From NCBI RefSeq assembly GCF_006345805.1, contig NC_043004.1, forward strand, positions 95,108,001 to 95,172,000: 64,000 nt of DNA. The letters are read 5' to 3'. The notes beneath the pieces were generated by a model, which made no database searches, was not told the origin of the DNA, and worked only from the letters and a program-made list of their open reading frames with translations. The first letter of the stretch is position 1. The number at the start of each line of letters is the position of its first letter. Shown here one piece after another: positions 1-14,505 of the stretch. The position numbers and the translations under genes are program-made. The stretch is from Octopus sinensis. Taxonomy: Eukaryota.

Positions 1-370
1 GAGAGAGTGTGTGTGTGTGTATGTGTGTATGTGTGTGAGTGAGTGTACATGTGTGTGTGTTGGTGTGTGGGTTGTGTGTGTGTTTGTGCACATGTAAGAG
101 AGAGAGTAAGAGAGAGAGAGAGTGCATGGGTGGGTGGGATAGAGAGAGATAATGCGTGGGTGGGTGGGAGAGAGAGTGTGTGTGTGTGTGTGTGTGGTGT
201 GTGTGTGTGTGTGTGTGTGTGTGTGCACGCATACAAAAGCAAGCAGGTATATGTATGTGTGAATAGAATAATTGGATTTAGCTAAAATTTGTTTGAAATT
301 CCATAGGCTAGACTTACAAAATATGGAATTTAAGAAAAAATTTATTTTAGGTGTCTAATACAGTGTTGTG

Positions 371-408
<38 letters not shown>

Positions 409-955
409 TATAGATATGTATGTATGTATGTCTATATATATATATGTATTTATAATTATAATTATATATATATATATATTTGTGTATATATATGTGTATA
501 TATATGTATTTATAATTATAATTATATATATATATTTGTGTATATATATGTGTATATTTATATTATATATATATATATATAATATTATATATATATATAT
601 ATATTATATATATATATATATATATAATATATTATATATATATATACATATATATTATATATATACATACATACATACAACTGAGCATGTACATGAATTG
701 CAGAAAGAGAGAGAAAAATCATATTAATAAGCAAATAACTTCACATATACATATGTATGTATGTATGCATGTATATATGTACATATGTACATTAGCTTGA
801 TTACTCAATATTTGATTACTGTAAACATCTTTTAAAAAAACAAGTTTATTTATACATATATATATGTGTGTGTATATATATATACATACACATATATATG
901 TATGTATATATATGTGTGTGTGTGCACATATGTGAGTGTATATATGTGTGTATGT

Positions 956-994
<39 letters not shown>

Positions 995-1000
995 CACATA
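1..1000. repeat. Compound (TG)n/(GA)n/(TA)n microsatellite block
   Basis: Directly visible dinucleotide runs; the ORF-track products are VC/IY homopolymeric strings. Confidence 0.95.
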
Positions 1001-1861
1001 ATCAATTCACAGCCTATTTACAACGATTTTGGTGATGTTGACATTTCATCCGTTTAGCTTAATTAAATATTTCACACTGCCAGGTATAAGGTGAGCAGGG
1101 CGCAGAAAGAGGCTACATGAGATTGTGGAAGTGATGGATATAAATTGTGTGAATTTGTATGCAAATGAGGAAGAAGCCACGTGTGTATGTGTGCAAATGT
1201 GTACTTTATGTGTAGTATGATTGGATTGGTGAGTAGAGGGGAAAACACAAGTATGTTCGTTCATTACTTGTCAAACACAGTCATTGGTCAAAACTAAATA
1301 TTATCAGCAGCTAACCTCAAGTCAGTTCCAGTTAATCAAAGGAAAACAAGACATATTTACTTGGAGCTTTTCGTGTTCTCAGAGTTTTTATTATTGTTTT
1401 TCTTTTTATGTCATCATTTTGTTTATTTTTTCTTTTTTGAAAATGTTTTGTGACTTAGTTACATTTTTGTTTGGTTTTTACTTGTTTTTTTTTTCTTTTG
1501 TGGATTATGTTATTTTTTTCAAAGAAATGACTTGTAAAATTATTGAAAAAATAAAAATTAATCAACTTTTTTTTTCTATTTAAATTATATTTTACATTAA
1601 TTAAATATATTTATTTTTATTAATTAACATATGGATTTAAAGAAGTATGAGTGCTCATATATGCATCTGCATGTATGTGTATGCATGTATATGTGTGTAT
1701 ATATATATGTGTGTGTATATATATATATATATAACATGCGTATGTGTGTGTGAATATATACTCACCCACTCATGCACACACCACATATACTTACCATATT
1801 CACTTTACACATTTATATATATTTATATACACTCTATATAAATTTATATATAATGTGTATG

Positions 1862-1896
<35 letters not shown>

Positions 1897-2728
1897 TATT
1901 CATTTAAAGAAACCATTTGTTTTTGTTGTAGATTATGATCTTCAATAATTAAATTTCTATTATGCTTTCAGGATGTATTTTTACAGAAAATATTTTTTCA
2001 GTTTATTTTGTTCTTGTTTTTTGTTTGTTTGTTTGTTTGTTTGTTTGTTTGTTTTTTTACCTTTTTTTTTTTTTTTACTTCTTTCATTTCCATATTATCC
2101 CAATGTTTTAATTTTGGGTTCGATTCTTGCTGTAGGCCTAAAAACCAAAAGCAATTTAGAAACTTTAAAACAATGAAAATGGAATATTTATTCAGTTTAG
2201 ACATGAAGAGGAAATTTTATTTCAAAACAAACTTCAGTTATTTTAATTTCATGTCAAAATCAAACATGGTGATATGTTCATATTTCTGAAAGAAGGCCTT
2301 GCCACCACACATATTCTTCTCATTCAAAAAGAATAAGAAAACATATAGTGGAAATGAGGTAACAGTTTGAAAAGAGATTGGCAGCTTATTTCGAGTGTTT
2401 TATTTCAATCAACCACAAGAAACTTTAAATGTGTTTTTTTTTTCTTCTTCTTCTTCTTCTTCTTCTTCCCTCCCTCTGGCTGAAGGATATTAAAATGGAG
2501 GAGGAAAATGAGATATTTTAAAATCTTTACTAGCACTATCTGCCTGAATTATCGTCGTTCTTGTAGGTAGAATTTAAAATGCTTCACGAGGATGATGGCG
2601 ATGATAATTGTGGTGGTGGTAGTGATGTGTTGCATATTGCTTGCATGCAGAGAGCAGAAAGAACAAGAGATTTAGAAAGCTGGACAGAGAGACAGACAGA
2701 GACAAATTGCAGGATTAAATAGAATATA

Positions 2729-2968
2729 TATTTCTTTGCTGCTCACAAGGGGCTAAACATAGAGGGGACAAACAAGGACAGACAAAGAGATTGAGTCGAT
2801 TATATCGCCCCCCCCCCCCAGTGCGAAACTGGTACTTTATTTATTGACCCCGAAGGGATGAAAGGCAAAGTTGACCTCGGCGGAATTTGAACTCAGAACG
2901 TAACGACAGACGAAATACCGCTAAGCATTTCACCCGGCACGCTAACGCGTCTGCCAGCTCGCCGCCTT
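2729..2968 (-). mobile_element. tRNA-headed SINE family B1, full length
   Basis: Matches copies at 41582, 42193 and 61584; A/B-box-like head on minus strand; TSD atagaatata at 2719-2728 and 2969-2978. Confidence 0.9.
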
Positions 2969-3502
2969 ATAGAATATAGACTGAAAAATTGACTATCATA
3001 GACATTGGGTGTGAAATTCAATGACTTACAGACAGACAAGCAAACAATAAGTCAGACAAAGACAGAGAGACAGAGAGACAGAGAGAGATGATGATGAATT
3101 TAATGAAGTCTAGCAAACATATAAATAAGCAGTAGCAGACAGACAGACAGATAGCCTGATAAATGGACAGATAGACCAGCAGAGAAATTGAGGTTGATAG
3201 ATAAACAGCTAGATAAACAACATCAGTCTTTGAAGTACTCATGCATCATGTCTCTCTCTGTGTCACTTTCTTTGTCCCTCTCTCTCTCACCCACTCACTT
3301 CTTCTGCCTCCCTTTCTCTCATTCTCGCTCTTTCTCTACTTCTGTTTCTGTTTCTCTTTCTCTCTCTCTCTCTCTCTTTTGCAAAATATTCTCCAATATC
3401 CATTAGGTGTATATATGCCAAAAGTATGATATTTCAATCTCTCTACAGAATGACACATGCATATATTTGAACTGGTCTGAATAATAAATAAATATAAATA
3501 GT

Positions 3503-3588
3503 ATGGAAAAATTCATAATCAAACAGAATGAGGTCACAGAATATGAAAAGACCTGATATTGTAGTTGTTGACAAAGAAACCAATAAAT
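3503..3588 (+). mobile_element. Degraded R4/Dong-like restriction-like endonuclease remnant
   Basis: Translates W..*...KRPDIVVVDKETNK, matching the RPD-hhhh-DK motif also seen at 25515. Confidence 0.5.
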
Positions 3589-4444
3589 AGTGAATGAAGA
3601 ATGAAGAAGTTCCATACAGAATATGTTAGAAACATAAGCTATAAGATAGACTGAACACATTGGTAACTAAAAGCCATAATTATTCCTTTCTTGAAGTTTT
3701 TTGATGTTTAAAAGCCTGTCTAGACAGATTTATTTAGATTAAGAGGCTTTTGCTTATACACTCACATTCACTATAATCAACATTAGTAAATCAGAGGACC
3801 ACAAAATTGCTTATAGTGAAGTCCAGAAGATTTATATGTATTCCAAACACATGACTGGGTCTTCAACAATTAGGAGAACAAGAGCACCATGCTAACAGCT
3901 ACACTATAAACACATATGACAATATTAAATATTCTTTTGTTCAACCTCAAAGAAAAATAGATGAGTTTTGTTTTTGCTATTGCTGGTCTGAAGGAAGGGG
4001 TAGAACCTATGACCTTCACAGGTCCTCTAAGATGAATGAGACTGATGTAATTAATGAACTTTTGTAAATCAGCAATTGTGGCCAACATGAGCAAAGGAAG
4101 GATGCCAGGGAGTCAGATTAGGTGCAATAACTAGATGACAACAAGAGAGTTCTATGCAGTCATTGTAACTGCTAAAACGAGCAGCCAAAGTTTGCTTTGA
4201 TCACAGTCTACCATTTCCCAAAGTGAAGGCCCTCATTGGATAATGTAGTAATCATAACAGAATCTGCATTAAAGGTGTGATCGTTATGGATTGAATGTGT
4301 TTATCTACTCACTGAGGATTGGATAAGGGCTAAACAACAATGACAGACAAATATATGCAATATACCTTTACAACCCATGCTAGCATGGAAAGCAGATATT
4401 AAAAAATGATGATGATGATGATGATGATGATATTAAGGAGGTCA

Positions 4445-4645
4445 TCTGGTAGAATCATTAGTACACTGAGGAAAATGTTTAGCAGCATTTCAACCATTTT
4501 TACATTCTGAGTTCAAATTCTGCCAAGGTTGACTTTGTCTTTCATCCTTTCAGGATCGATAAAATAAGTACGAGTTAAGTATTGGATATATTCAACTTAC
4601 CCCTTTCCCCAAAATGTTGACCTAGTGCCAAAATTTGAAACCAAC
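4445..4645 (+). mobile_element. Degraded SINE B2
   Basis: ttctgagttcaaattctgccaaggttgactttgtctttcatcc core shared with family B. Confidence 0.75.
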
Positions 4646-5300
4646 ATCATCATCATCATTATGATCAACATTTAATGTCCATTTTCCATGCTGGTATTGG
4701 TTGGGCATCTAGACAGGAACTGGCAAGACCAGGGGCCCACACCAGGTTCTATACTCTGTTTTGGCTTGGTTTCTTTAGTTGGATGCCCTCCCCAAATCCA
4801 ACCACACTACAGAGTGTACTGGGTGTTTTTTACAGGGCACCATCACCAGTGCTTTTTGAGTGGTCTTGAGTGACACCAGCATCCATCTAATATGACCATG
4901 ACAAACCAGGTCGGTATTAGAGTGTGTTAGATTATAGATGATGTAGCTCAACTAACTCAGTCAAGGAATGGTATCCTCATCATCATCATCATCATCATCA
5001 TCATTTAACATCCGTTTTCCATGCCAGCATGGGTTGGACAGTTTGACCAGGGCTGGTAAGCTGGTGGGATGCACTATACTTCAATCTGATTTGGCATGGT
5101 TTCTACAGCTGGATGACCTTCCTAACACCAACCACTCTGAGAGTGCAATGGGTGATTTTCCATGCCACTGGCATTGGCACCAGTTGCACGACACCAATAT
5201 CTGCCATGACTATGATTTCACTTGGCTTGAGGAGTCCTACTCGAGCACAGTGTATTGCTGAAGGTCTTAGTCATTTCTCATTGCCTTCACGAGATAAATT
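4646..5300 (-). mobile_element. Two adjacent RTE-type 3' ends (family D) with (GAT)n tails
   Basis: (cat)n-ttaacrtccgttttccatgc start at ~4646 and ~4978, homologous to 14040-14505. Confidence 0.75.
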
Positions 5301-5623
5301 TGATGGACAATATATGGATTTAACTAATCCAGTGATACTCATAAAGAAAGCTCCTTAACGGATCAGGCTACAAACAATATTGTACACCAAAACAAAATAA
5401 AAGAATGTAATGTATAATCCAATGCAGTATGAATCCAGTAAATCCAGCAGGATTTATTACTTATTAATTATTTTTTATTTTATTTATTATACAATAAAAT
5501 AAATTATCATTATATCATAAAGGGTGTGAAACAATTGTCATTGTATGGATGTCAATTGGTGAAATAAATTTTTTCATCTTATACATCTTGTCATTCTTTA
5601 TATTTCATATATAATATATATAC

Positions 5624-5669
<46 letters not shown>

Positions 5670-5895
5670 ATATGTTTGTGTGTATATGCTTGTGTGTCTG
5701 TGTTTGTCCCCACAACATCACTTGACAACTGATGCTGGTGTGTTTACGTCCCTATAACTTAACAGTTCGGCAAAAAGAAACCGATAGAATAAGCACTAGA
5801 CTTACAAAGAATAAGTCCTGGGGTCAATTTGCTCGACTAAAGGTGGTGCTCCAGCATGGCCACAGTCAACTGACTGAAACAAGTAAAAGAGTAAA
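5670..5895 (+). mobile_element. SINE A, 3' half
   Basis: Aligns to the 3' half of 59016-59435, ends in the aagtaaaagagtaaaag tail. Confidence 0.9.
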
Positions 5896-5954
5896 AGTGT
5901 AATAGCACGTGTGTAGTTACATTGCTGAAGTTGTATATATATATATATATATAT

Positions 5955-6055
5955 AAAGTTAATCCAAACAAGAAAAACAAAAGACAACAGCGCAAAAGGT
6001 GGAACAATTAAAGTATTATTAGGCACTCAGGAAAAAAGGGAAGAAGGAGGGTATA
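5955..6055 (-). mobile_element. Truncated PLE-like terminus in (TA)n
   Basis: aaagttaatccaaac...gtattatt-gg-c-ctcaggaaa shared with 38724-38910; stops before the HHR motif. Confidence 0.6.
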
Positions 6056-6079
6056 CATATGTATAAAGGGTAAATAACC

Positions 6080-6397
6080 CCTTGGTCATGAATGTCCATG
6101 GGATTGTACTTAGAAAGTTCCCCTCCAAGACACAAGTCCTGGCAAGTTTATGGAAGATCAGCAGTCACCCATGCACACCAGCCTCCCTTCTCTACACCTC
6201 CAATGTTATCCAAGGGCAAGGCAAAGCCCAATACAGCTTGGCACCAGTGATGTCACGACTTATTTCTACAGATGAGTGAACTGGAGCAACGTGAAATAAA
6301 GGGTCTTACTCAAGAACACAACACACAGCCCAGCCTGGGAACTGAACTCCCTACCTCATGATTGTGAGCCTGAAGCTCTAACCACTGAGCCATGCAT
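6080..6397 (-). mobile_element. tRNA-headed SINE family E
   Basis: Colinear with 59486-59824; head atgcatggctcagtggttagagc on minus strand. Confidence 0.85.
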
Positions 6398-6604
6398 TGA
6401 TCTTGGATTGAACTCCAGTCGATCAACTTAATCCCTGTGTGGTATAGATACTTCTAATCAGGGCCAATCAACAGCGAATAATTTTTACATGAATACATTG
6501 CAGATACCTGCGTTGCTTCGAAGTGCCAGGTCACAGTTTAGCACCTACTCCATGACATTTGTTGCTACTTACTACAACAACGACAGTAAAACAGCAGAAG
6601 TATT

Positions 6605-6641
6605 TGTAATAATAATAATAATGATAATAATAATAATAATA

Positions 6642-6685
<44 letters not shown>

Positions 6686-7011
6686 GAAAACTGAATAATA
6701 AAAAGGCACACACACACACACACATACAGATACATAAACAAAAGAAAAAGCGAAATCAAATGCAATGAAATGAAATAAATAACTGTAAAAAATGTATTTA
6801 TTCAAATGTTAACAAGTGTTTCCTCTTCTATCTTCCATTGTCAACGACTACACTGACAACATTACGATAGAGGCTTTTGTTGTTGCCGGAGAATTAATTT
6901 TCCAATCCGTACATTTGAATTCAAACAAATAGCTGCCAAATTGAAAAGGAAGGACAACATTAACATCAGCAACAACAACAGCAACAACAACAACAACAAC
7001 AACAACGAATG

Positions 7012-7042
<31 letters not shown>

Positions 7043-7199
7043 AATTAATATTACTACTATTACTATTATTAGATATACGTAGAAAACAACAACGTGTATT
7101 ATACAAAAAGCAACGACAAACAAAAATGTAGTGAATGAACAGCTAAATAACGCACACTCCTTTGGAAGCATAAACATCTGCACACGCATGCACACACAA

Positions 7200-7244
<45 letters not shown>

Positions 7245-7954
7245 TGAATGTTGAGTCAGATACATATATATACATTCACACACCCATACATTTATATATG
7301 CATGTAAGAATTTTTACATACACACTCATACAAGAACACTTATATACATGTACACATATATGCATACATACACATATATACATATGCACATACCTTCACA
7401 CACATGCATGCATAAGCACATACATCCATATATATATATACATTCATACATACACATATATATATATATACATGAATACACACAAACCGAAACATACATA
7501 CAAAGACATTGATACAAACACACATATACACAAACGTACATGCATACATACACACATACAAATGTACACGCATGCATACATACACTTGAACACATTCACA
7601 TATACATATGCATGCCCATATATACACACATACATGCCTAGATATATACACATATATACATGGATACATATACATTAACACGTGCATAAACACCTGCAAA
7701 GGCACATGTACATACATACACACATACATAATACATACATGCATTAGCATACACATTCACATACACCTATGTACATGTATATACACACACAAAGGCACAC
7801 ACAAATACATATCTACATACGTACGTACACACATATGCACATATACACACAAGCATACATGCATGCATACATGCATACATACATACATACACATGCATGC
7901 TTACATACATACATACATACGTACATACATACATATATACACATATATATATAA

Positions 7955-8000
<46 letters not shown>

Positions 8001-8019
8001 TGTATATATAGATATGTAT

Positions 8020-8065
<46 letters not shown>

Positions 8066-8123
8066 GTACATGTATATATATAAGTATATATCTATATAGT
8101 ATATATATATATATATATATAAG

Positions 8124-8154
<31 letters not shown>

Positions 8155-8420
8155 AGTATATATTATTATATATATGTATATATATATCTAGTTATATATA
8201 TAATATATATAAGTTATATATTATATTATATATATATATATATATGTACATGTATATAATAAGTATTATATATCTAGATATATAAAGTATATATATATAT
8301 ATATGTACATGTATATATATATAGAAGTATATATATATCTCATATATATGTTATATATATATATATTATATATATATATATATATATGTACATGTTATAA
8401 TATAGTATTCTATAATATAT

Positions 8421-8452
<32 letters not shown>

Positions 8453-8464
8453 ATATATATATAT

Positions 8465-8519
<55 letters not shown>

Positions 8520-8536
8520 TGTATATTCTATATATA
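6605..8536. repeat. (AAT)n, (AAC)n/(ACT)n, (CA)n and (TA)n microsatellite field
   Basis: Directly visible. Confidence 0.95.
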
Positions 8537-9116
8537 TTTTCCCTCTCTCTCTTTGGGATAGGCACAAGCACCTACACGCACATATGCACACACGCAGTAA
8601 CTTCCACCTACCGAATTCATCACAAAGCTCCGGTCAGCTCAGGGCTATAGTGAAAGACACTACCCAAAGTGCCACGTAGTGGACTGAACCCGAAACATGT
8701 AGCTAGAAGCAAGCTCCCTAACCACATCAGGCCATGCCCACGCCTACCCTGCCATATAATATATATATATATATATATATACACACACCTCACATGTACA
8801 TGAAAATTGTTGCTTTTAGACTGTTAAAACACCTGAATGTATATTTGTGTAATTCATATTAGTTTCCAATCCCCCATTGAAAGAGAAGGTGAGGCAGATG
8901 TTGGAAAAGTCTTTACAATGTATTCTTGTATTATTTTGTTATAAGATTTTTGGCCCCTTGTTTTTGTTGTTTTGTTGCTGAGCTTGTATTACATTTTGTT
9001 TATTGTTTAGTTTTTGTTGTTTTCCATGTACTCTTATTTTTTTCTTTTTGTGTTATGTTTTTTTTTTTTACTTCATGATGATGGAAAACTTAGCTAATCT
9101 GTATTTAACTGCCAAC

Positions 9117-9148
<32 letters not shown>

Positions 9149-9336
9149 CTCATTTTGTTCCCCCATCATTCCCCCAACACACAATTTTTGTTCATATTAT
9201 AAATACAACACACAGACACACACATATATAATATACATAATATATAATATTAATATTATATGTATATACGTATATATAAATTGCTTATACATTACACATA
9301 TATGATTTTATATATATATATGTGTGGTGTGTATAC

Positions 9337-9381
<45 letters not shown>

Positions 9382-9551
9382 TATATATATATATAAGTAT
9401 ATATAGATATATAGATAATAGATAGATAGATAGGTAGGTAGATTGATATATATGTATATATGTATATACTGTTATATATATATGTATATAAATATATATC
9501 TATATAATATATATATATAGTATATATATATATGTACATGTTATATATAAG

Positions 9552-9590
<39 letters not shown>

Positions 9591-9695
9591 AGTATATATA
9601 TATAGATATATATTATATATAAGTAATATAGTATCTATATATGTACATGTAATATATATATAAGTATATATATATATATATATATATAAGTAATT

Positions 9696-9726
<31 letters not shown>

Positions 9727-9939
9727 GTACATGTATATATATAAGTATTATAGATATATATATATATAAGTATATATTATATATATATGACATGTATATA
9801 TATATATAAGTATATATATATAATATATATAGGTATATTATATATATAGATATATATATATATATATATGTACATTATATTATAAGTATTATATATATAA
9901 TATATATATAAGTATATTATATATATATAGATATATATA

Positions 9940-9981
<42 letters not shown>

Positions 9982-10593
9982 ATATATATTATATGTAATG
10001 TATATGTATATATATATATGTTCCCTCTATCTCTTGGGAGAGGCACAGCACCTACACGCACATATGCACACACGGCAGTAACTTCCACCTACCGAATTCA
10101 ATCACAAGCTCGGTCAGCTCAGGGCTATAGTGAAAGACACCTACCAAAGTGCCACGTAGGGGACTGAACCCGAACCATGTAGCTAGAAAGCAAGCCTAAC
10201 CACACAGCCATGCCCACGCCTACCCAGCCATATATATATATTATATATATATTACACACACTCACATGTACATGAAAATTGTTGCTTTTAGACTGTTAAA
10301 ACACCTGAATGTATAATTTTGTGTAATTCATATAGTTTCCAATCCCCCATGAAAGAGAAGGTGAGGCAGATGTTGGAGAAGAAGGTCTTTACAAATGTAT
10401 TCTTGTTATTTATTTTGTTAAAGATTTTTGGCCCCTTGTTTTGTTGGTTTGTTGCTGAGCTTGTATTACATTTTGTTTTAGGTTTGTTTTTGTTGTTTTC
10501 CATGTACTCTTATTTTTTCTTTTTTTGTGTTATGTTTTTATTTTTTACTTCATGATGATGGAAAACCTAGCTAATCTGTATTTAACTGCCAAC

Positions 10594-10624
<31 letters not shown>

Positions 10625-10812
10625 CTCATTTTGTTCCCCATCATTCCCCCAAACACACAATTTTTGTTCATATATATAAATACAACACAGAACAACACAT
10701 ATATAATATACATAGATATATAATATATAATATATATATGTATATACGTATATATAAATTGCTTATACATATACACATATATGATTATTATATATATGTG
10801 TGGTGTGTATAC

Positions 10813-10873
<61 letters not shown>

Positions 10874-11017
10874 TATATATAGATATATAGATAGATAGAT
10901 AGATAGATAGGTAGGTAGATTGATAGATATGTAATATGTATATACATGTTATATATATATGTTATATAATATATACTATATACATATATATAAGTAACAT
11001 GTACATATATATGTACG

Positions 11018-11055
<38 letters not shown>

Positions 11056-11129
11056 TGTATGCATATAATATATATAATATATATGTAATGTAATATAAAG
11101 TATTATATATATATATATATATATATAAG

Positions 11130-11175
<46 letters not shown>

Positions 11176-11442
11176 TAATATATATTATATATATATATAT
11201 ATATGTACATGTATATATATATATATATTTTCCCTCTCTCTCTTTGGGAGAGGCACAAGCACCTACACGCACATATGCACACACGGCAGTAACTTCCACC
11301 TACCGAATTCAATCACAAAGCTCCGTTCAGCTCAGGGCTATAGTGAAAGACACCTACCCAAGTGCCACGTAGTGGGACTGAACCCGAAACCATGTAGCTA
11401 GAAAGCAAGCTCCCTAACCACACAGCCATGCCCACGCCTACC

Positions 11443-11482
<40 letters not shown>

Positions 11483-11819
11483 TCACATGTACATGAAAAT
11501 TGTTGCTTTTAGACTGTTAAAACACCTGAATGTATAATTTTGTGTAATTCATATTAGTTTCCAATCCCCCATTGAAAGAGAAGGTGAGGCAGATGTTGGA
11601 GAAGAAGGTCTTTACAAATGTATTCTTGTTATTTATTTTGTTATAAGATTTTTGGCCCCTTGTTTTTGTTGTTTTGTTGCTGAGCTTGTATTACATTTTG
11701 TTTATTGTTTAGTTTTTGTTGTTTTCCATGTACTCTTATTTTTTTCTTTTTGTGTTATGTTTTTATTTTTTACTTCATGATGATGGAAAACCTTAGCTAA
11801 TCTGTATTTAACTGCCAAC

Positions 11820-11851
<32 letters not shown>

Positions 11852-12043
11852 CTCATTTTGTTCCCCCATCATTCCCCCAAACACACAATTTTTGTTCATA
11901 TATATAAATACACACACAGACACACACATATATAATATACATAGATATATAATATATAATATATATATGTATATACGTATATATAAATTGCTTATACATA
12001 TACACATATATGATTTTATATATATATATGTGTGTGTGTATAC

Positions 12044-12105
<62 letters not shown>

Positions 12106-12253
12106 TATATAGATATATAGATAGATAGATAGATAGATAGGTAGGTAGATTGATAGATATGTATATATGTTATATACATGTTATATATATATGTATATAA
12201 ATATATATCTATATACATATATATAAGTATACATGTACATATATATGTACGTA

Positions 12254-12287
<34 letters not shown>

Positions 12288-12490
12288 GCATGTATGCATA
12301 TATATATATATAATATATATGTAAGTATGTATTTATATGTATGCATGTACGCATATATATATATATATGTATGTATGTATATATAAATATATGTATATAT
12401 ACATATATATATACATATATATATATATATATTATATATATAATATATATATATATACACACACATATTTATTATTTATATATATATATA
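8537..12490. repeat. Tandem triplication, unit ~1.2-1.5 kb (SINE A 5' part + unique sequence + CT/TA/AGAT repeats)
   Basis: Unit starts ttccctct at ~8537, ~10020 and ~11229; the non-repetitive core is near-identical apart from 1-bp indels. Confidence 0.92.
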
Positions 12491-12671
12491 TATCTCATTC
12501 ATCCTACCATTCTTGCTGGCATTGATTATCTGTCTGTATTGGTTCACTTTGACAGCTGTTGAAATAAATACGCAAAGCATTGCAGACAAAATACATGTTA
12601 GAACTGATTATGTCCAAATGTATTATATGATAAATGATGATAACATCACCTAAAAGAACAACAACAACAAC

Positions 12672-12723
<52 letters not shown>

Positions 12724-13324
12724 GCAACTCAATGGGGGGGGGAGCATAATGCCTATACAGTAAAGCAGAAAAACAAAAAAATTATATACAGGATGACAAT
12801 AGCTGATTTTCAAGAGGTCTTGCCAAATGTTTGCAAAAGTGTTTTCGAGTTACAAAGGTGATTCTATGAATTGTAATAAAATGATTTGTTTGAGTGAATG
12901 AAATTGTAAGGTCAGAAAACATAGATTTCTCTGTCTTAACATTAGTCCAATGTTTCAGTATTTGATAGGAAATGTTCTACTGCCCTTTGTCATGGCTTAC
13001 AAATCTGAATGCAATATGTCTTGGTATCTCTGCTGTTGTGTGTTGTAGATGCATAGTCTAACACCTATGCAAGATTATTGTAGTCATATTCCTAATTTAT
13101 TGGCACTTTCAGCTCTTTTCTCTTTTAAGCATTTAATTCATTCTGTTTTATTTAACATTATTTAACAGTTTGTATCTATAATCAAAACGTTTTCAGTAAA
13201 TTATTTTGCGGCAGATTATTTCTATAGACACTGGGTGGTAATTTTTCTTGCTAGAAATAGCAACCAAATCTCCCTCAAGTCACAGCATATCATATTTAAA
13301 AAAAGGATACATTAATCAATCAAT

Positions 13325-13900
13325 TATCATGATCATTTAACGTCTGCTTTCCATGCTGGCATGAGTTGGACGGGTTGATTCATGCTGGCTAGGCAGAAGA
13401 CTGCACTAGGCTTCTGTGTCTGTTTTGGTAATATTTTTTCAGATAAAGGCAGCGAGCGAGCAGAATTGTTAATACGTTGGGTGAAATGCCTAGTGGTTTT
13501 TTGGTCTGGATTTATGTTCTGAGTTCAAATTCTGCCAAGGTCAACTTTGCCTTTCATCCTTTCAGGGCTGATAAATTAAGTACCTGTTGCACACTGGGGT
13601 CGATCTACTCGACTAGCCTCTCCCCCCAAATTTCACGCCTTGTGCCTATAGTAAAACGGATTATTTTTACGGCTGGGTACCCTTCCAAATGTAAACCATT
13701 TTACAATGTGGACTATATTTTTTTATGTGGTACCAGCACTGGCAGAGTCACCAAGTAACTTGCATGACAAAGATCCTTTGCGACGGGGGGGACAGCATTG
13801 CAAGAGGAGATCTTTTTCCAGATAATGAAAGGTTAGAGTGTGACTGAGGAGACACATGGTTACCTGGTCAAAGAGAGAGAGGGAGAGTTCTAAATATACA
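13325..13900 (-). mobile_element. Degraded RTE-type 3' end (family D) interrupted by a SINE B2
   Basis: catttaacgtctgctttccatgc start; D-like sequence resumes after ~13660. Confidence 0.65.
13446..13655 (+). mobile_element. SINE B2 nested in family D
   Basis: B head and core plus B2 tail ccccccaaatttcacgccttgtgcctatagt. Confidence 0.8.
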
Positions 13901-14039
13901 AAACAGGAATGGTCATAACTGAAATGTTTTTGACTAATCAGGACTGAGCTATGACAAAACAAGCACAAAAAACAAAAGCAAATAATTTCTACAATAAAGA
14001 CCCGACAAATAACGTGACTTCATGGCTGTTTCCTGCACA

Positions 14040-14505
14040 AGTTTCACAGAGGAGCCCCAGCCCATCCAAAGTACCTTGGATCGCAGAATGGCCTGCTGTG
14101 CTTACCTTGGATTGTAGAGCAACCTGCTGTGCTTGAGGAGACATATTGAGTCAAATATATCAACATCAAAATAAAAAATCAAATGGAAATTGTAGTTGTG
14201 ATATCTGTGCCGGTGGCATGTAAAAAGCACCATCCGAACGTGGCCGATGCCAGCGCCACCTTGACTGGCTTCCGTTCCGATGGCACATAAAAAGCACCAA
14301 TCGATTGTGACCGCTGCCAGCCTCCCCTGGCACGTAAAAAGCACCCACTACACTCACAGAGTAGTTGGTGTTAGGAAGGGCATCCAACTGTAGAAACACT
14401 GCCAGATCAGACTGGAGCCTGGTGCAGCCTCCTGGCTTCCCTGACCCCGGTTGAACCGTGCAACCCATGCTAGCAGGGAAAACGGACATTAAATGATGAT
14501 GATGA
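14040..14505 (+). mobile_element. RTE-type 3' end (family D) with triplicated GGCAYRTAAAAAGCACC motif and (GAT)n tail
   Basis: Motif at 14215, 14282 and 14329; ends caacccatgctagca...ggacattaaatgatgatg. Confidence 0.8.

Noticed and set aside
43-12562. Numerous long ORFs rich in IY, VC, HT and YI dipeptides (also at 20-24, 28, 31, 35-39 and 43-45 kb)
   Set aside because: They are translations of (TA)n, (TG)n and (TACA)n tracts that lack stops by composition
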